In this document: positions 35,465 to 44,859 of the stretch, piece by piece | Position numbering within the stretch: the stretch's first letter is position 1 | Layout: every line of letters starts with the position of its first letter | Made by a program: the position numbers and the translations under genes | NCBI GenBank assembly: GCA_963800435.1 | Contig: CAWDBE010000008.1 | Location: forward strand, 397,839-461,838 | Length of the DNA: 64,000 nucleotides | DNA from: an uncultured Actinomycetota bacterium | Lineage (GTDB): Bacteria > Actinomycetota > Actinomycetes > Actinomycetales > Dermatophilaceae | Direction: 5' to 3' | Notes under the pieces: model-generated | The model's database searches: none | The model's input: only the letters and a program-made list of their open reading frames with translations | Told to the model about the DNA's origin: nothing

Positions 35465-36292
35465 GTGTCCGTCCTGAGTCTGCCGTCGGCCCGGCCGCGG
35501 CTGGTCGCCACAGACCTGGACGGGACCCTCGTGCGGTCCGACGGAACCGTGTCGGGGCGCTCGCGTGCGGCGATCGCCGCGGCCGACGCGGCCGGCGTGG
35601 AGGTCGTCATCGTCACGGCCCGACCGCCTCGGTGGATCGATGCCCTGGCCGATCTCGTCAGCAGCCACGGAACGGTCCTGTGCGGCAACGGTGCCTTCGT
35701 CTACGACGTGCCCACCCGTACCGTGGTGTCCGACATGGGCTTCGGCCACGACGAGCTCGTCGGGCTCGTCGCCGGGCTCCGCACGTGGCTGCCCCGGGCG
35801 GGGTTCGCGGTGGAGCGACGGGACGGCATGCGGGTCGAACGCGGCTACCGGTCACCCCACGGCGAGGAGCTGCCCGAGCAGATCCATGTCGACTCCATCG
35901 AGGACCTCGACGACGTCCCGGTCGGCAAGCTGCTCGTCACGTGCTCGTCGATGGGCGACCAGGAGTTCCTGGCTCGGGTGCGCGAGATCGTCGGCGCTCG
36001 AGGGATCGTCGCGTTCTCGGGGGTGGGCGGCCTGGCCGAGATCTCGGCGCCGGGGGTGACGAAGGCGGCCGCGCTGCGGCGCTGGTGCGCGCATCTCGGC
36101 ATCGACGCGGTCGGGGTCTGGGCGTTCGGCGACATGCCCAACGACCTGCCGATGCTCACCTGGGCGGGCGTGTCCTTCGCCGTCGCGAACGCCCACCCCG
36201 AGGTGCTCGCCGCGGCGACGCACACGTGCCCGGCCAACGACGACGACGGGGTGGCCCAGGTCCTCGAGGCCGCGCTGGCGCTTGGGCCGTGA
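35465..36292 (+). CDS. Cof-type HAD-IIB family hydrolase
   Basis: Motif I ATDLDGTLV and motif IV AFGDMPNDLPML. Confidence 0.8.
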   Translation: MSVLSLPSARPRLVATDLDGTLVRSDGTVSGRSRAAIAAADAAGVEVVIVTARPPRWIDALADLVSSHGTVLCGNGAFVYDVPTRTVVSDMGFGHDELVGLVAGLRTWLPRAGFAVERRDGMRVERGYRSPHGEELPEQIHVDSIEDLDDVPVGKLLVTCSSMGDQEFLARVREIVGARGIVAFSGVGGLAEISAPGVTKAAALRRWCAHLGIDAVGVWAFGDMPNDLPMLTWAGVSFAVANAHPEVLAAATHTCPANDDDGVAQVLEAALALGP

Positions 36293-36429
36293 GCGCGCGG
36301 CGGGCCCGCGCGTCCGGCCGGGTTCCTCGGCGTGACCGGCAGACGGGAGGGTCGGGCGGCACCGCCGGGCCGGCCGACGCGGGTGCGTCGGCCGGCCCGG
36401 CCGGTCACTGAGGCCGGAGCAGGCGACGG

Positions 36430-37995
36430 CTAGACCCCGGTGGTGGTGTCGTCGCGGTGTTCCATGAGCCTCTCGGTCACGTCGTAGCCCTCGGTCTGCG
36501 GATGCCCGTGCTCACCGTGGGTCATGGCGAACTCCTCCTCCGGGGACAGCACGAGCCGATGCCTGCCGTAGACGGCGAAGTAGATCAGCGCGAGGACGTA
36601 GAGCCCGAGGATGCCGAGAACCGGCGTGCGGTACGACTCGTTGAACGGCAGGTAGACGAGGGTCACCGCCGCCACGATGCCGGCGAACCAGGCACCGACC
36701 GTCCCGACCGGGCTGCGGTATGGACGGGTGACGGAGGCGTACTTCCGTCGAAGGATGATGAACGAGACCATCTGTAGCACGTAGGCGATGACCGCTCCGA
36801 AGACCGCCACGAGCAGCAGCGAGTTGGCGAACGTGACGTTGTCGAGGCTCAGGACCAGGGGCACGACGATCGTGGCCAGGACGCCGACGACCGCCGTGAG
36901 GAGCAGCGCCACATATGGCGTCTGACGGCGCCCCGTGAGCGAGAAGAACTGCGGGTAGTAGCCCGCCCGCGACAGGGAGTAGACGTTGCGGCCGGCCGCG
37001 AACATGATCCCCTGGAACGACGCCACGAGTCCGGTGAGGGCGAACAGGGACAGCAGTGCCGCGATGTTGCTGTTGGGGAAGATGGCCCGGAAGCCGTCGA
37101 GCAGCGGCTCCCCGCTGGCCTGAAGTGCATCGGACCCCACGACCATCGGGTTGAGGACCAGGACGAGCGCCGCGCTCACGAGCAGGGTGAGCATGCCGGC
37201 TACCGAGCCCCTGGGGATGTCCCGGGCGGGCGTGTGCGTCTCCTCGGCCGCCAGCGGGAGCTCCTCGATGCCGAGGAAGAACCAGATCGCGAACGGCAGG
37301 GCGAACAGGATCCCGCTCGGCCCGAACGGCAGGAACGACGACCCACCGCCGGTCGGCTTGATGTCGCTGAGGGCGCTGGTGCTCAGCTTGCCCGAGAACA
37401 GCGCCGTCACAGCGAAGATGACGAGAACGAGCAGTGACAGGATCGCGATGACCACGGCGAACCGGAAGGACGCGGCGGCGCCCCAGGCGTTGAGCGTCAC
37501 GAAGATGACGTAGAAGATCGTCATCCACAGCCACAAGGGCAGGCTCACCCCGAACACGTCGGACACGATGGCGTCGGCGTACAGGCTGGAGAAGATGCCC
37601 ACCACCGCGGTGGTGAAGATGTACTCGATCGACTCGGCCACGCCGGTGACGTAGCCACCCCACGGCCCCATCGCCGACCGGGCGAAGGAGTAGGCGCCCC
37701 CGGTGTGGGGCATGGTCGAGGACATCTCGGCGATGCTGTAGACCATGAGGAGGTACATGGCGCCGATGACCACGGTGGCGATGAGCAGGCCACCCCAGCC
37801 CGCCTGGGCCAGACCCCCGTTCCACCCCGAGAAGTCGCCCGAGATGACCGCCGCGACGCCCAGCGCCCAGAGCGACCACGCTCCGGCGTGCCGGGTCAGC
37901 TTCCGTTTCTCGAAGTACTCCGCCCCTGCATGCTCATAGCTGACGCCGTCGACCGTGACGATCGGCTTGGCGTCGCTCGTGTGATGGTCCGTCAT
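36430..37995 (-). CDS. APC-superfamily amino acid/ethanolamine permease (EAT-like)
   Basis: N-terminal YFEKRKLTRHAGAWSLWALGVAAVISGDFSGWN resembles ethanolamine permeases. About 12 TM segments. ATG 37995. Confidence 0.8.
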   Translation of the reverse strand: MTDHHTSDAKPIVTVDGVSYEHAGAEYFEKRKLTRHAGAWSLWALGVAAVISGDFSGWNGGLAQAGWGGLLIATVVIGAMYLLMVYSIAEMSSTMPHTGGAYSFARSAMGPWGGYVTGVAESIEYIFTTAVVGIFSSLYADAIVSDVFGVSLPLWLWMTIFYVIFVTLNAWGAAASFRFAVVIAILSLLVLVIFAVTALFSGKLSTSALSDIKPTGGGSSFLPFGPSGILFALPFAIWFFLGIEELPLAAEETHTPARDIPRGSVAGMLTLLVSAALVLVLNPMVVGSDALQASGEPLLDGFRAIFPNSNIAALLSLFALTGLVASFQGIMFAAGRNVYSLSRAGYYPQFFSLTGRRQTPYVALLLTAVVGVLATIVVPLVLSLDNVTFANSLLLVAVFGAVIAYVLQMVSFIILRRKYASVTRPYRSPVGTVGAWFAGIVAAVTLVYLPFNESYRTPVLGILGLYVLALIYFAVYGRHRLVLSPEEEFAMTHGEHGHPQTEGYDVTERLMEHRDDTTTGV

Positions 37996-38200
37996 GGTGG
38001 CCGTCCTCTCGTGCGGTGTGCTCCGGTCCAGCGAGACGGTGCGTCCGCTCCCGGCCACCGGACCGCCGTGGCGATCCCGTACCGCAGTGCGAATGCACCG
38101 GAGGCTAGACCTGTGATGAAGGACACGTAAAGAGGGTCCGGGCAAAAAGGTGTGAACTCGGACCATTGACAGTCCCGGCTCGGGGTCCAAGACTCTCGGC

Positions 38201-38926
38201 GTGAGCGCCGAACCTCGTCTGCACCTCTCCGACACGGTGCTCCGGCCGGTGCGCGGGCACCATGCGTTCGAGACGACGGTCGAGCAGCTGGCCACCGCGA
38301 TCAGGCTGGGGGTGCTCGTCCGCGGCGAGCGGCTGCCTCCCGAACGCGAGCTCGCCGAGCGGCTCGGGGTCAGCCGCCACACCCTGCGCGAGGCGATCGC
38401 CGCCCTGCGCGACTCCGGACTGGTCGCCACCAGCCGCGGGCGCGGGGGAGGGACCGTCGTCACGTATGCCGCCCGGGAGCCGGGGACGCTCCCCGCGGCC
38501 GCACGGCGGGGCGCGGCGTTGGCCGACGCGCTCGACTTCCGCCGGGTCGTCGAGCCGGGAGCTGCCTGGCTCGCCGCCACCCGCGAGCTGTCGGCCGACC
38601 AGCGGGCCTGGCTGGCACAGAGCCTCGACGACGCGCTCGCCCGTCAGGAGGACGGGTTCCGTCGGATCGCCGACAGCCGCCTGCACCTCGCGATCGCGAC
38701 CCTGTCGGGCACGCCGATGGTCATCGAGGCGGTGACCCGGGCACAGGCCGCTCTCGGCGACCTGCTCCGCGGCATACCGGTGCTGCGCCGCAACATCGAC
38801 CACTCCGACGACCAGCACCGTGCCGTCGTCGAGGCCATCCTGCGTGGGGACCCCGACCGGGCCCGCGCCGTGATGGAGGAGCATTGTGACGCGACCTCCG
38901 CCTTGCTGCGGGGTCTGATCGGTTGA
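38201..38926 (+). CDS. GntR/FadR-family transcriptional regulator (FCD domain)
   Basis: wHTH LPPERELAERLGVSRHTLREAIAAL plus a helical C-terminal domain. It is divergent from the permease and upstream of the GS-like gene. Confidence 0.85.
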   Translation: MSAEPRLHLSDTVLRPVRGHHAFETTVEQLATAIRLGVLVRGERLPPERELAERLGVSRHTLREAIAALRDSGLVATSRGRGGGTVVTYAAREPGTLPAAARRGAALADALDFRRVVEPGAAWLAATRELSADQRAWLAQSLDDALARQEDGFRRIADSRLHLAIATLSGTPMVIEAVTRAQAALGDLLRGIPVLRRNIDHSDDQHRAVVEAILRGDPDRARAVMEEHCDATSALLRGLIG

Positions 38927-38940
38927 CGAAGGAGAGCACC

Positions 38941-40317
38941 ATGGCCACGCAGCACCATCCGAGGCACCTCACCGTCGAGGAGCTGCGCCGCGACATCGAG
39001 GCGGGTCACATCGACACCGTCATCGTCGCGTTCACCGACATGCAGGGGCGCCTCCAAGGCAAGCGCCTGCACAGCCACTACTTCCTCGACCACGTCCTGG
39101 CGCACGGGACCGAGGGCTGCAACTACCTCCTTGCCGTCGACGTGGACATGAACACCGTCGACGGCTACGCGATCTCCTCCTGGGAGAAGGGGTACGGCGA
39201 CTTCGAGTTCGTCCTCGACATGTCGACGCTACGGCGTACGCCGGGCCAGCCCAACTCGGCGACCATCCAGTGCGACCTCGCCTGGCTCGACGGCTCGGGT
39301 CCCGTACGCCAGTCTCCTCGGAGCATCCTCGCCACCCAGGTCGCCCGGGCCGCCGAGACGGGGTATGAGGCGTTCGCCGGCACCGAGCTGGAGTTCATCC
39401 TCTTCGAGGACTCCTACGAGAAGGCGTGGGACCAGGGCTACCGGGATCTGACCGGCGCGAACCGCTACAACGTCGACTACTCGATCCTCGGTGGGACGCG
39501 GGTCGAGCCGGTGCTGCGCGAGATCCGCAACGAGATGTTCGCCGCGGGGATGACGGTCGAGAGCGCCAAGGGGGAGTGCAACCTCGGCCAGCACGAGATC
39601 GCGTTCCTCTACGACGAGGTGGTGCGCACCTGCGACAACCATGTCGTCTACAAGACGGCGGCCAAGGAGATCGCCGCGCGCCACGGCCAGGCCCTGACGT
39701 TCATGGCCAAGTACGACGAGCGCGAGGGCAACTCGTGCCACATCCACCTGTCGCTGCGCGGGACCGACGGGTCGGCCGTCTTCGCCGACGAAGCGCGCGA
39801 GGGCGGGCAGAGCAGGCTGTTCGACCACTTCATCGCCGGGCTCCAGGTGACCCTGCGCGAGCTGACCCTGCTGTACGCGCCGAACGTCAACTCCTACAAG
39901 CGCTTCCAGCCCGGGTCGTTCGCGCCCACCGCTGTCGCCTGGGGGCGTGACAACCGCACCTGCGCGCTGCGGGTGGTCGGCCATGGGGCGGGGATGCGGG
40001 TGGAGAACCGGGTGCCCGGCGGGGACGTCAACCCCTACCTCGGCATCGCGGCGATGCTCGCGGGCGGGCTCCACGGCATCGAGAACGAGATCCCCCTGGA
40101 GCCCCCGTTCACCGGCAACGCGTATGCCGCTGACCGCGACCACGTCCCGTCGACCCTCGCCGAGGCTCGGGACCTGTTCGCCGGCTCGTCGGTGGCGCGG
40201 GCGGCCTTCGGGGACGACGTCGTCGACCACTACGTCAACGCGGCCGACATCGAGCTCGGCGCCTTCAACCGGGCCGTGACCGACTGGGAACGAGTGAGAG
40301 GTTTCGAGCGGCTGTGA
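38941..40317 (+). CDS. glutamine synthetase family protein (gamma-glutamyl-amine synthetase type, GlnA3/GlnA4/PuuA-like)
   Basis: GS catalytic domain with NSCHIHLSL, NRTCALRV and ENRVPGGDVNPYL. ATG 38941 follows GAAGGAGAG. Confidence 0.85.
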   Translation: MATQHHPRHLTVEELRRDIEAGHIDTVIVAFTDMQGRLQGKRLHSHYFLDHVLAHGTEGCNYLLAVDVDMNTVDGYAISSWEKGYGDFEFVLDMSTLRRTPGQPNSATIQCDLAWLDGSGPVRQSPRSILATQVARAAETGYEAFAGTELEFILFEDSYEKAWDQGYRDLTGANRYNVDYSILGGTRVEPVLREIRNEMFAAGMTVESAKGECNLGQHEIAFLYDEVVRTCDNHVVYKTAAKEIAARHGQALTFMAKYDEREGNSCHIHLSLRGTDGSAVFADEAREGGQSRLFDHFIAGLQVTLRELTLLYAPNVNSYKRFQPGSFAPTAVAWGRDNRTCALRVVGHGAGMRVENRVPGGDVNPYLGIAAMLAGGLHGIENEIPLEPPFTGNAYAADRDHVPSTLAEARDLFAGSSVARAAFGDDVVDHYVNAADIELGAFNRAVTDWERVRGFERL

Positions 40318-41711
40318 CTGCGACAGACACGGCGACGCCGCGCACCCGCGACGTCATCAACCCGGCGACCGAGGACCTGGTCCGCACCATCGACCTCGTG
40401 GGCGTCGAGGAGACCGACGAGGCGATCGCCCGGGCGGTCGAGGTCGGCCCGGCCTGGCGGGCGGTGACCCCGGCGGACCGCGGGCGCCTGCTGCGCAGGT
40501 TCTCCGACCTGGTGGGGGAGCGGGGTGAGGAGCTCGCGCAGCTCGAGGTGGCCAACTCCGGGCACACGATCGGGAACGCCCGGTGGGAGGCCGGGAACGT
40601 CCGCGACGTCCTCGCCTACTACGCTGCGGCGCCCGAGCGGCTGTTCGGCAGGCAGATCCCCGTCGCGGGCGGCATCGACATCACCTTCAAGGAGCCGCTC
40701 GGCGTCGTGTCGGTCGTCGTGCCGTGGAACTTCCCCATGCCGATCGCCGGGTGGGGGTTCGCCCCGGCCCTCGCCGCGGGCAACACGGTCGTCCTCAAGC
40801 CGGCCGAGCTGACCCCGCTGACCGCGATGCGGCTCGGCGAGCTCGCCCTTGAGGCGGGGATCCCCGAGGGCGTCTTCACCGTGCTGCCCGGCAAGGGATC
40901 GGTGGTGGGGGAGCGCTTCGTCAGCCACCCGGACGTCCGCAAGGTGTGCTTCACCGGGTCGACCGAGGTGGGCCAGGGCATCATGCGCAAGGCCGCCGAC
41001 CAGCTCAAGCGGGTCACCCTCGAGCTCGGGGGCAAGAGCGCCAACATCGTCTTCGCGGACGCCGACCTCGACGCGGCAGCGTCCTCGGCCCCCATGTCGT
41101 TCCTCGACAACGCCGGGCAGGACTGCTGCGCCCGCAGTCGGATCCTGGTGGAGCGCACGGCGTTCGACGCGTTCATGGAGCGGTTCGAGTCTGCGGTCAA
41201 GGGCGTCACGGTCGGCGACCCCAGCGACGAGGCGACCCAGATGGGCCCACTCATCAGCGACGGCCAGCGCCAGGTGGTGCGCTCGTTCGTCGAGGGGACC
41301 GACGGGGGTGTCGACGTGGCGTTCCGGGGGACCTGCCCGACCGGGCCGGGCTACTGGTACCCCCCGACCGTCGTCCTCCCCGGCTCGACCGAGGATGCCG
41401 TCTGGCAGCAGGAGATCTTCGGGCCGGTCGTCGCGGTCATGCCGTTCGACGACGAGGCCGACGCCATCCGCATGGCCAACGACACGGCATACGGTCTCTC
41501 CGGCTCGATCTGGACCCGGGACGTGGGCCGGGCGATCCGGGTGGCTCGCGGTGTGGAGACCGGGAACCTGTCGGTCAACAGCCACTCCAGCGTGCGCTAC
41601 TCGACGCCGTTCGGCGGGTTCAAGTCCAGTGGCCTCGGCCGCGAGCTGGGACCCGACGCACTCGACGCGTTCACCGAGGTCAAGAACGTCTTCATCAGCA
41701 CCGAGGGCTGA
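40314..41711 (+). CDS. NAD-dependent aldehyde dehydrogenase
   Basis: ELGGKSA and the catalytic Cys region NAGQDCCA. The GTG start overlaps the upstream stop. Confidence 0.9.
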   Translation: MTATDTATPRTRDVINPATEDLVRTIDLVGVEETDEAIARAVEVGPAWRAVTPADRGRLLRRFSDLVGERGEELAQLEVANSGHTIGNARWEAGNVRDVLAYYAAAPERLFGRQIPVAGGIDITFKEPLGVVSVVVPWNFPMPIAGWGFAPALAAGNTVVLKPAELTPLTAMRLGELALEAGIPEGVFTVLPGKGSVVGERFVSHPDVRKVCFTGSTEVGQGIMRKAADQLKRVTLELGGKSANIVFADADLDAAASSAPMSFLDNAGQDCCARSRILVERTAFDAFMERFESAVKGVTVGDPSDEATQMGPLISDGQRQVVRSFVEGTDGGVDVAFRGTCPTGPGYWYPPTVVLPGSTEDAVWQQEIFGPVVAVMPFDDEADAIRMANDTAYGLSGSIWTRDVGRAIRVARGVETGNLSVNSHSSVRYSTPFGGFKSSGLGRELGPDALDAFTEVKNVFISTEG

Positions 41712-41776
41712 GCACGAGCAGCCGACTCGCAACACCCAAACCCCAACTCCCAGAACAGGATCGAGGAACCCACACC

Positions 41777-42544
41777 ATGGCAGGCAGGCTCGAGGGCAAG
41801 GTCGCCGTCGTCACCGGCGGCTGCTCCGGCATCGGCTTGGCGACGGTGCGGCGCTTCGCGCAGGAAGGCGCGAAGGCCGTCATCGGCGACGTCAACGACG
41901 AGCTCGGCGCTCAGATCGCGGGCGAGGCCGGCGGCGCCTACGTCCACTGCGACGTGACCGACAAGGACCAGGTGGACGCGATGTTCGCCACAGCCAAGGA
42001 CCGGTTCGGCAGCGTCGACATCGCCTTCAACAACGCCGGGATCAGCCCGCCCGAGGACGACTCGATCCTCGACACCGACCTCGATGCGTGGCGTCGGGTC
42101 CAGGAGGTCAACCTCACCAGCGTCTACCTCTGCTGCAAGGCCGCTCTGCCCTACATGCTCGAGCAGAAGTCGGGATCGATCATCAACACGGCGAGCTTCG
42201 TTGCGATCCTCGGCGCCGCCACGTCGCAGATCTCCTACAGCGCCTCCAAGGGCGGGGTGCTCTCGATGAGCCGTGAGCTGGGGGTGCAGTTCGCCCGCGA
42301 GGGGATCCGGGTCAACGCGTTGTGCCCCGGCCCGGTCAACACCCCTCTGCTGCAGGAGCTGTTCGCCAAGGACGCCGAGCGGGCGGCCCGGCGGCTGGTC
42401 CACATCCCGATGGGGCGCTTCGGCGAGCCCGAGGAGATGGCCAACGCCGTGCTGTTCCTCGCCTCCGACGAGTCGAGCTTCATCACGGCTTCGACGTTCC
42501 TCGTCGACGGCGGGATCTCCGGCGCCTACGTCACGCCACTGTGA
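41777..42544 (+). CDS. SDR family oxidoreductase
   Basis: TGGCSGIG, NNAG and YSASKGG. Confidence 0.85.
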   Translation: MAGRLEGKVAVVTGGCSGIGLATVRRFAQEGAKAVIGDVNDELGAQIAGEAGGAYVHCDVTDKDQVDAMFATAKDRFGSVDIAFNNAGISPPEDDSILDTDLDAWRRVQEVNLTSVYLCCKAALPYMLEQKSGSIINTASFVAILGAATSQISYSASKGGVLSMSRELGVQFAREGIRVNALCPGPVNTPLLQELFAKDAERAARRLVHIPMGRFGEPEEMANAVLFLASDESSFITASTFLVDGGISGAYVTPL

Positions 42545-42553
42545 CGAGACCTG

Positions 42554-43288
42554 GTGGCACTGGTGAGTGACGCCCGTCCCCTCATCGGGATCAGCTGCTA
42601 CGTCGAGCGGGTCGACCGGGACCCGTGGCGACGTCAGCCCAGCGCGGTGCTGCCGCTCGCGTATGTCGCTCACATCGAGCAGGCCGGTGGGGTGGTCCTC
42701 GCGCTGCCGCCTCGGTCCGAGGCCGACGACGCGCTGGCCGAGGAGGTGGCCCGGTCGGTGCTGCGCCGCGTCGACGGGCTCATCCTGGCGGGTGGTGCCG
42801 ACGTCGAGTCCAGCCGGTACGCCGCCCCGGCGGACCGGACCTCCCAGGCGCCGCGTCCCGACCGCGACGCCTGGGAGCTCGCCCTGGCGCGTGTCTCCGC
42901 CGGGCTCGGCACACCGGTGCTGGGCATCTGTCGTGGGATGCAGGTCATGGCCGTGGCGGCCGGCGGGGTGCTCGACCAACATCTGCCCGACTCGGTGGGC
43001 TCGGCCGAGCACCTCCCGGTCCCCGGCGTCTACACCTCGCATCCGGTGACCCCGGTCGCCGGCACCCGGGTGAGCGCCATCCTCGGGGACGAGACGGTCA
43101 CCGTCCCGACCTACCACCACCAGGGGGTGCGCAGCCACCCCGGCTACCTCCCGTCGGCGTGGCACGCGGACGGGACGCTCGAGGCGATGGAGGACCCGGC
43201 AGCAGCGTTCCGGCTCGCGGTCCAGTGGCACCCGGAGGCGGGGGAGGACAACCGCCTCTTCGCCGCGCTCGTCGCCGCCGCGCGCTGA
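42554..43288 (+). CDS. gamma-glutamyl-gamma-aminobutyrate hydrolase-like class I amidotransferase (peptidase C26, PuuD-like)
   Basis: Nucleophile GICRGMQV, plus YHHQ and QWHPE. Confidence 0.8.
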   Translation: MALVSDARPLIGISCYVERVDRDPWRRQPSAVLPLAYVAHIEQAGGVVLALPPRSEADDALAEEVARSVLRRVDGLILAGGADVESSRYAAPADRTSQAPRPDRDAWELALARVSAGLGTPVLGICRGMQVMAVAAGGVLDQHLPDSVGSAEHLPVPGVYTSHPVTPVAGTRVSAILGDETVTVPTYHHQGVRSHPGYLPSAWHADGTLEAMEDPAAAFRLAVQWHPEAGEDNRLFAALVAAAR

Positions 43289-43367
43289 CGTCGGCCGACG
43301 ACCTTGTGCGGGCCCGGGTCCGCACCGGGTTCAGGCGCATCGCGCTGCCGTTTGTGAGACTAGGGCG

Positions 43368-44588
43368 ATGAGCGCTCTGTCGAGACTGACATCCCGGGCC
43401 GTCGGCGCCGCGGGCCGCACCGGACGCGTGCTGATGTCCGCCCGCGAGATCCCCGATGCCATGGGCGGCCGGGTCGAGGGGCCGAGAGCCGACCGGGTCG
43501 CCGGGTCGCCGCGCTGGCGCGACGGGGCGTTCCACAACGCCCCGCCCATCGAGAGCGGGCCGTCCGGCGCGATGCGCGATGCACTGCAGCGCCTGGCATC
43601 CGGGTTGCCCGACCGCAAGCCGGCCGGTCCCGTGCCCGTGGTGGAGCCCGATCTCGATCTCGCAGTGGGCGACGGCGGGGCCAGCCGGAGCGGGTCCAGC
43701 GCGGACGGCATCCGGACCACGTGGTACGGCCACGCCACGGCACTGGTGGAGATCGACGGGGCGCGACTCCTCTTCGACCCGGTATGGAGCGAGCGGGTCT
43801 CGCCCTCGCAGGAGCTGGGGCCGCGGCGGCTGCACCCGGCGCCCGTCGCGCTCGAGCTCGTGCCCGCGCTCGACGCGGTCGTCGTCTCGCATGACCACTA
43901 CGACCACCTCGACATGATCACCGTCCGCGAGGTGGCGGCGACGCGGCCGGAGACCGTGTTCGTCGTGCCGCTCGGCGTGGGGGCGCACCTCGAGCACTGG
44001 GGGGTCCCGGTGGGCCGCATCGTCGAGCTCGACTGGGACGAGGAGCACGAGGTCGCCGAGGGCGTGCGGCTGGTCGCGGCGGCAGCGCGACACTTCTCGG
44101 GGCGCGGGTTCGGGCGGGACCGGACCCTGTGGGCGTCGTGGGTCGTCGCGGGGCCGCGGCACCGGGTGTACTACACCGGCGACTCGGGCTACTTCCCCGG
44201 TTACGGGGCGATCGGCGCCGACCACGGTCCGTTCGATCTCACCCTCGTGCAGATCGGGGCGTACGACCGGGCCTGGCCGGGCATCCACATGACCCCGGAG
44301 GAGGGGGTCGCGGCCCACCTCGACGTGTGCGGGGGGCTGCTCGTGCCGGTGCACTGGGGGACGTTCGTGCTGGCCATGCACCCGTGGGCCGAGCCCATCG
44401 AGCGGCTGCTCGCCGAGGCTGCCGCGACCGGGGCGCGGGTCGCGGTGCCCCGGCCGGGCCAGCTCGTCGACGTGGCCGCCCCACCCGAGCCCGACGGCTG
44501 GTGGGTCGAGCTCGCCCACGCGGCCAACGCCCACGCGGCGAGCGCGCGGCATACCCCCTCGCCCAGCCCCGACCCCGACCCCGCCTGA
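43368..44588 (+). CDS. MBL-fold metallo-hydrolase (NAPE-PLD-like architecture)
   Basis: WYGHAT...DPVWS...SHDHYDHLD metal motif, with a C-terminal HW/GTF region. Confidence 0.72.
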   Translation: MSALSRLTSRAVGAAGRTGRVLMSAREIPDAMGGRVEGPRADRVAGSPRWRDGAFHNAPPIESGPSGAMRDALQRLASGLPDRKPAGPVPVVEPDLDLAVGDGGASRSGSSADGIRTTWYGHATALVEIDGARLLFDPVWSERVSPSQELGPRRLHPAPVALELVPALDAVVVSHDHYDHLDMITVREVAATRPETVFVVPLGVGAHLEHWGVPVGRIVELDWDEEHEVAEGVRLVAAAARHFSGRGFGRDRTLWASWVVAGPRHRVYYTGDSGYFPGYGAIGADHGPFDLTLVQIGAYDRAWPGIHMTPEEGVAAHLDVCGGLLVPVHWGTFVLAMHPWAEPIERLLAEAAATGARVAVPRPGQLVDVAAPPEPDGWWVELAHAANAHAASARHTPSPSPDPDPA

Positions 44589-44636
44589 CCCGGCCCGACC
44601 TGCACCTCGCTCCGGATCCTCGTTGCCCGGCCGGCT

Positions 44637-44703
44637 GGGCTCGCTGTTACGTCCTCGACTCGCTGAACATCCGGCGAGCCGACGAAGAACCAGCGAGCCG
44701 ACG
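44637..44703. repeat. 67-nt element, copy 1 (internally hairpin-forming)
   Basis: GGGCTCGCTGTTACGTCCTCGACTCGCTGAACATCCGGCGAGCCGACGAAGAACCAGCGAGCCGACG. About 79% identical (hand alignment) to the reverse complement of 45864-45931. Confidence 0.7.
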
Positions 44704-44859
44704 CGATCCGACCGGGAGGAGGGCTCACGGGCCGGGGCGGTGCCTCGAGCGGCGGGGGGCCGTGCGCGGCTCGTCCACAAGGGCCGTCGGTCGGGCGGGT
44801 CGTCCACACCCCGGTTCTCGGGGCGAGCGCCGCCGCCGGAGCGCCCGGATCCTGGGTGC

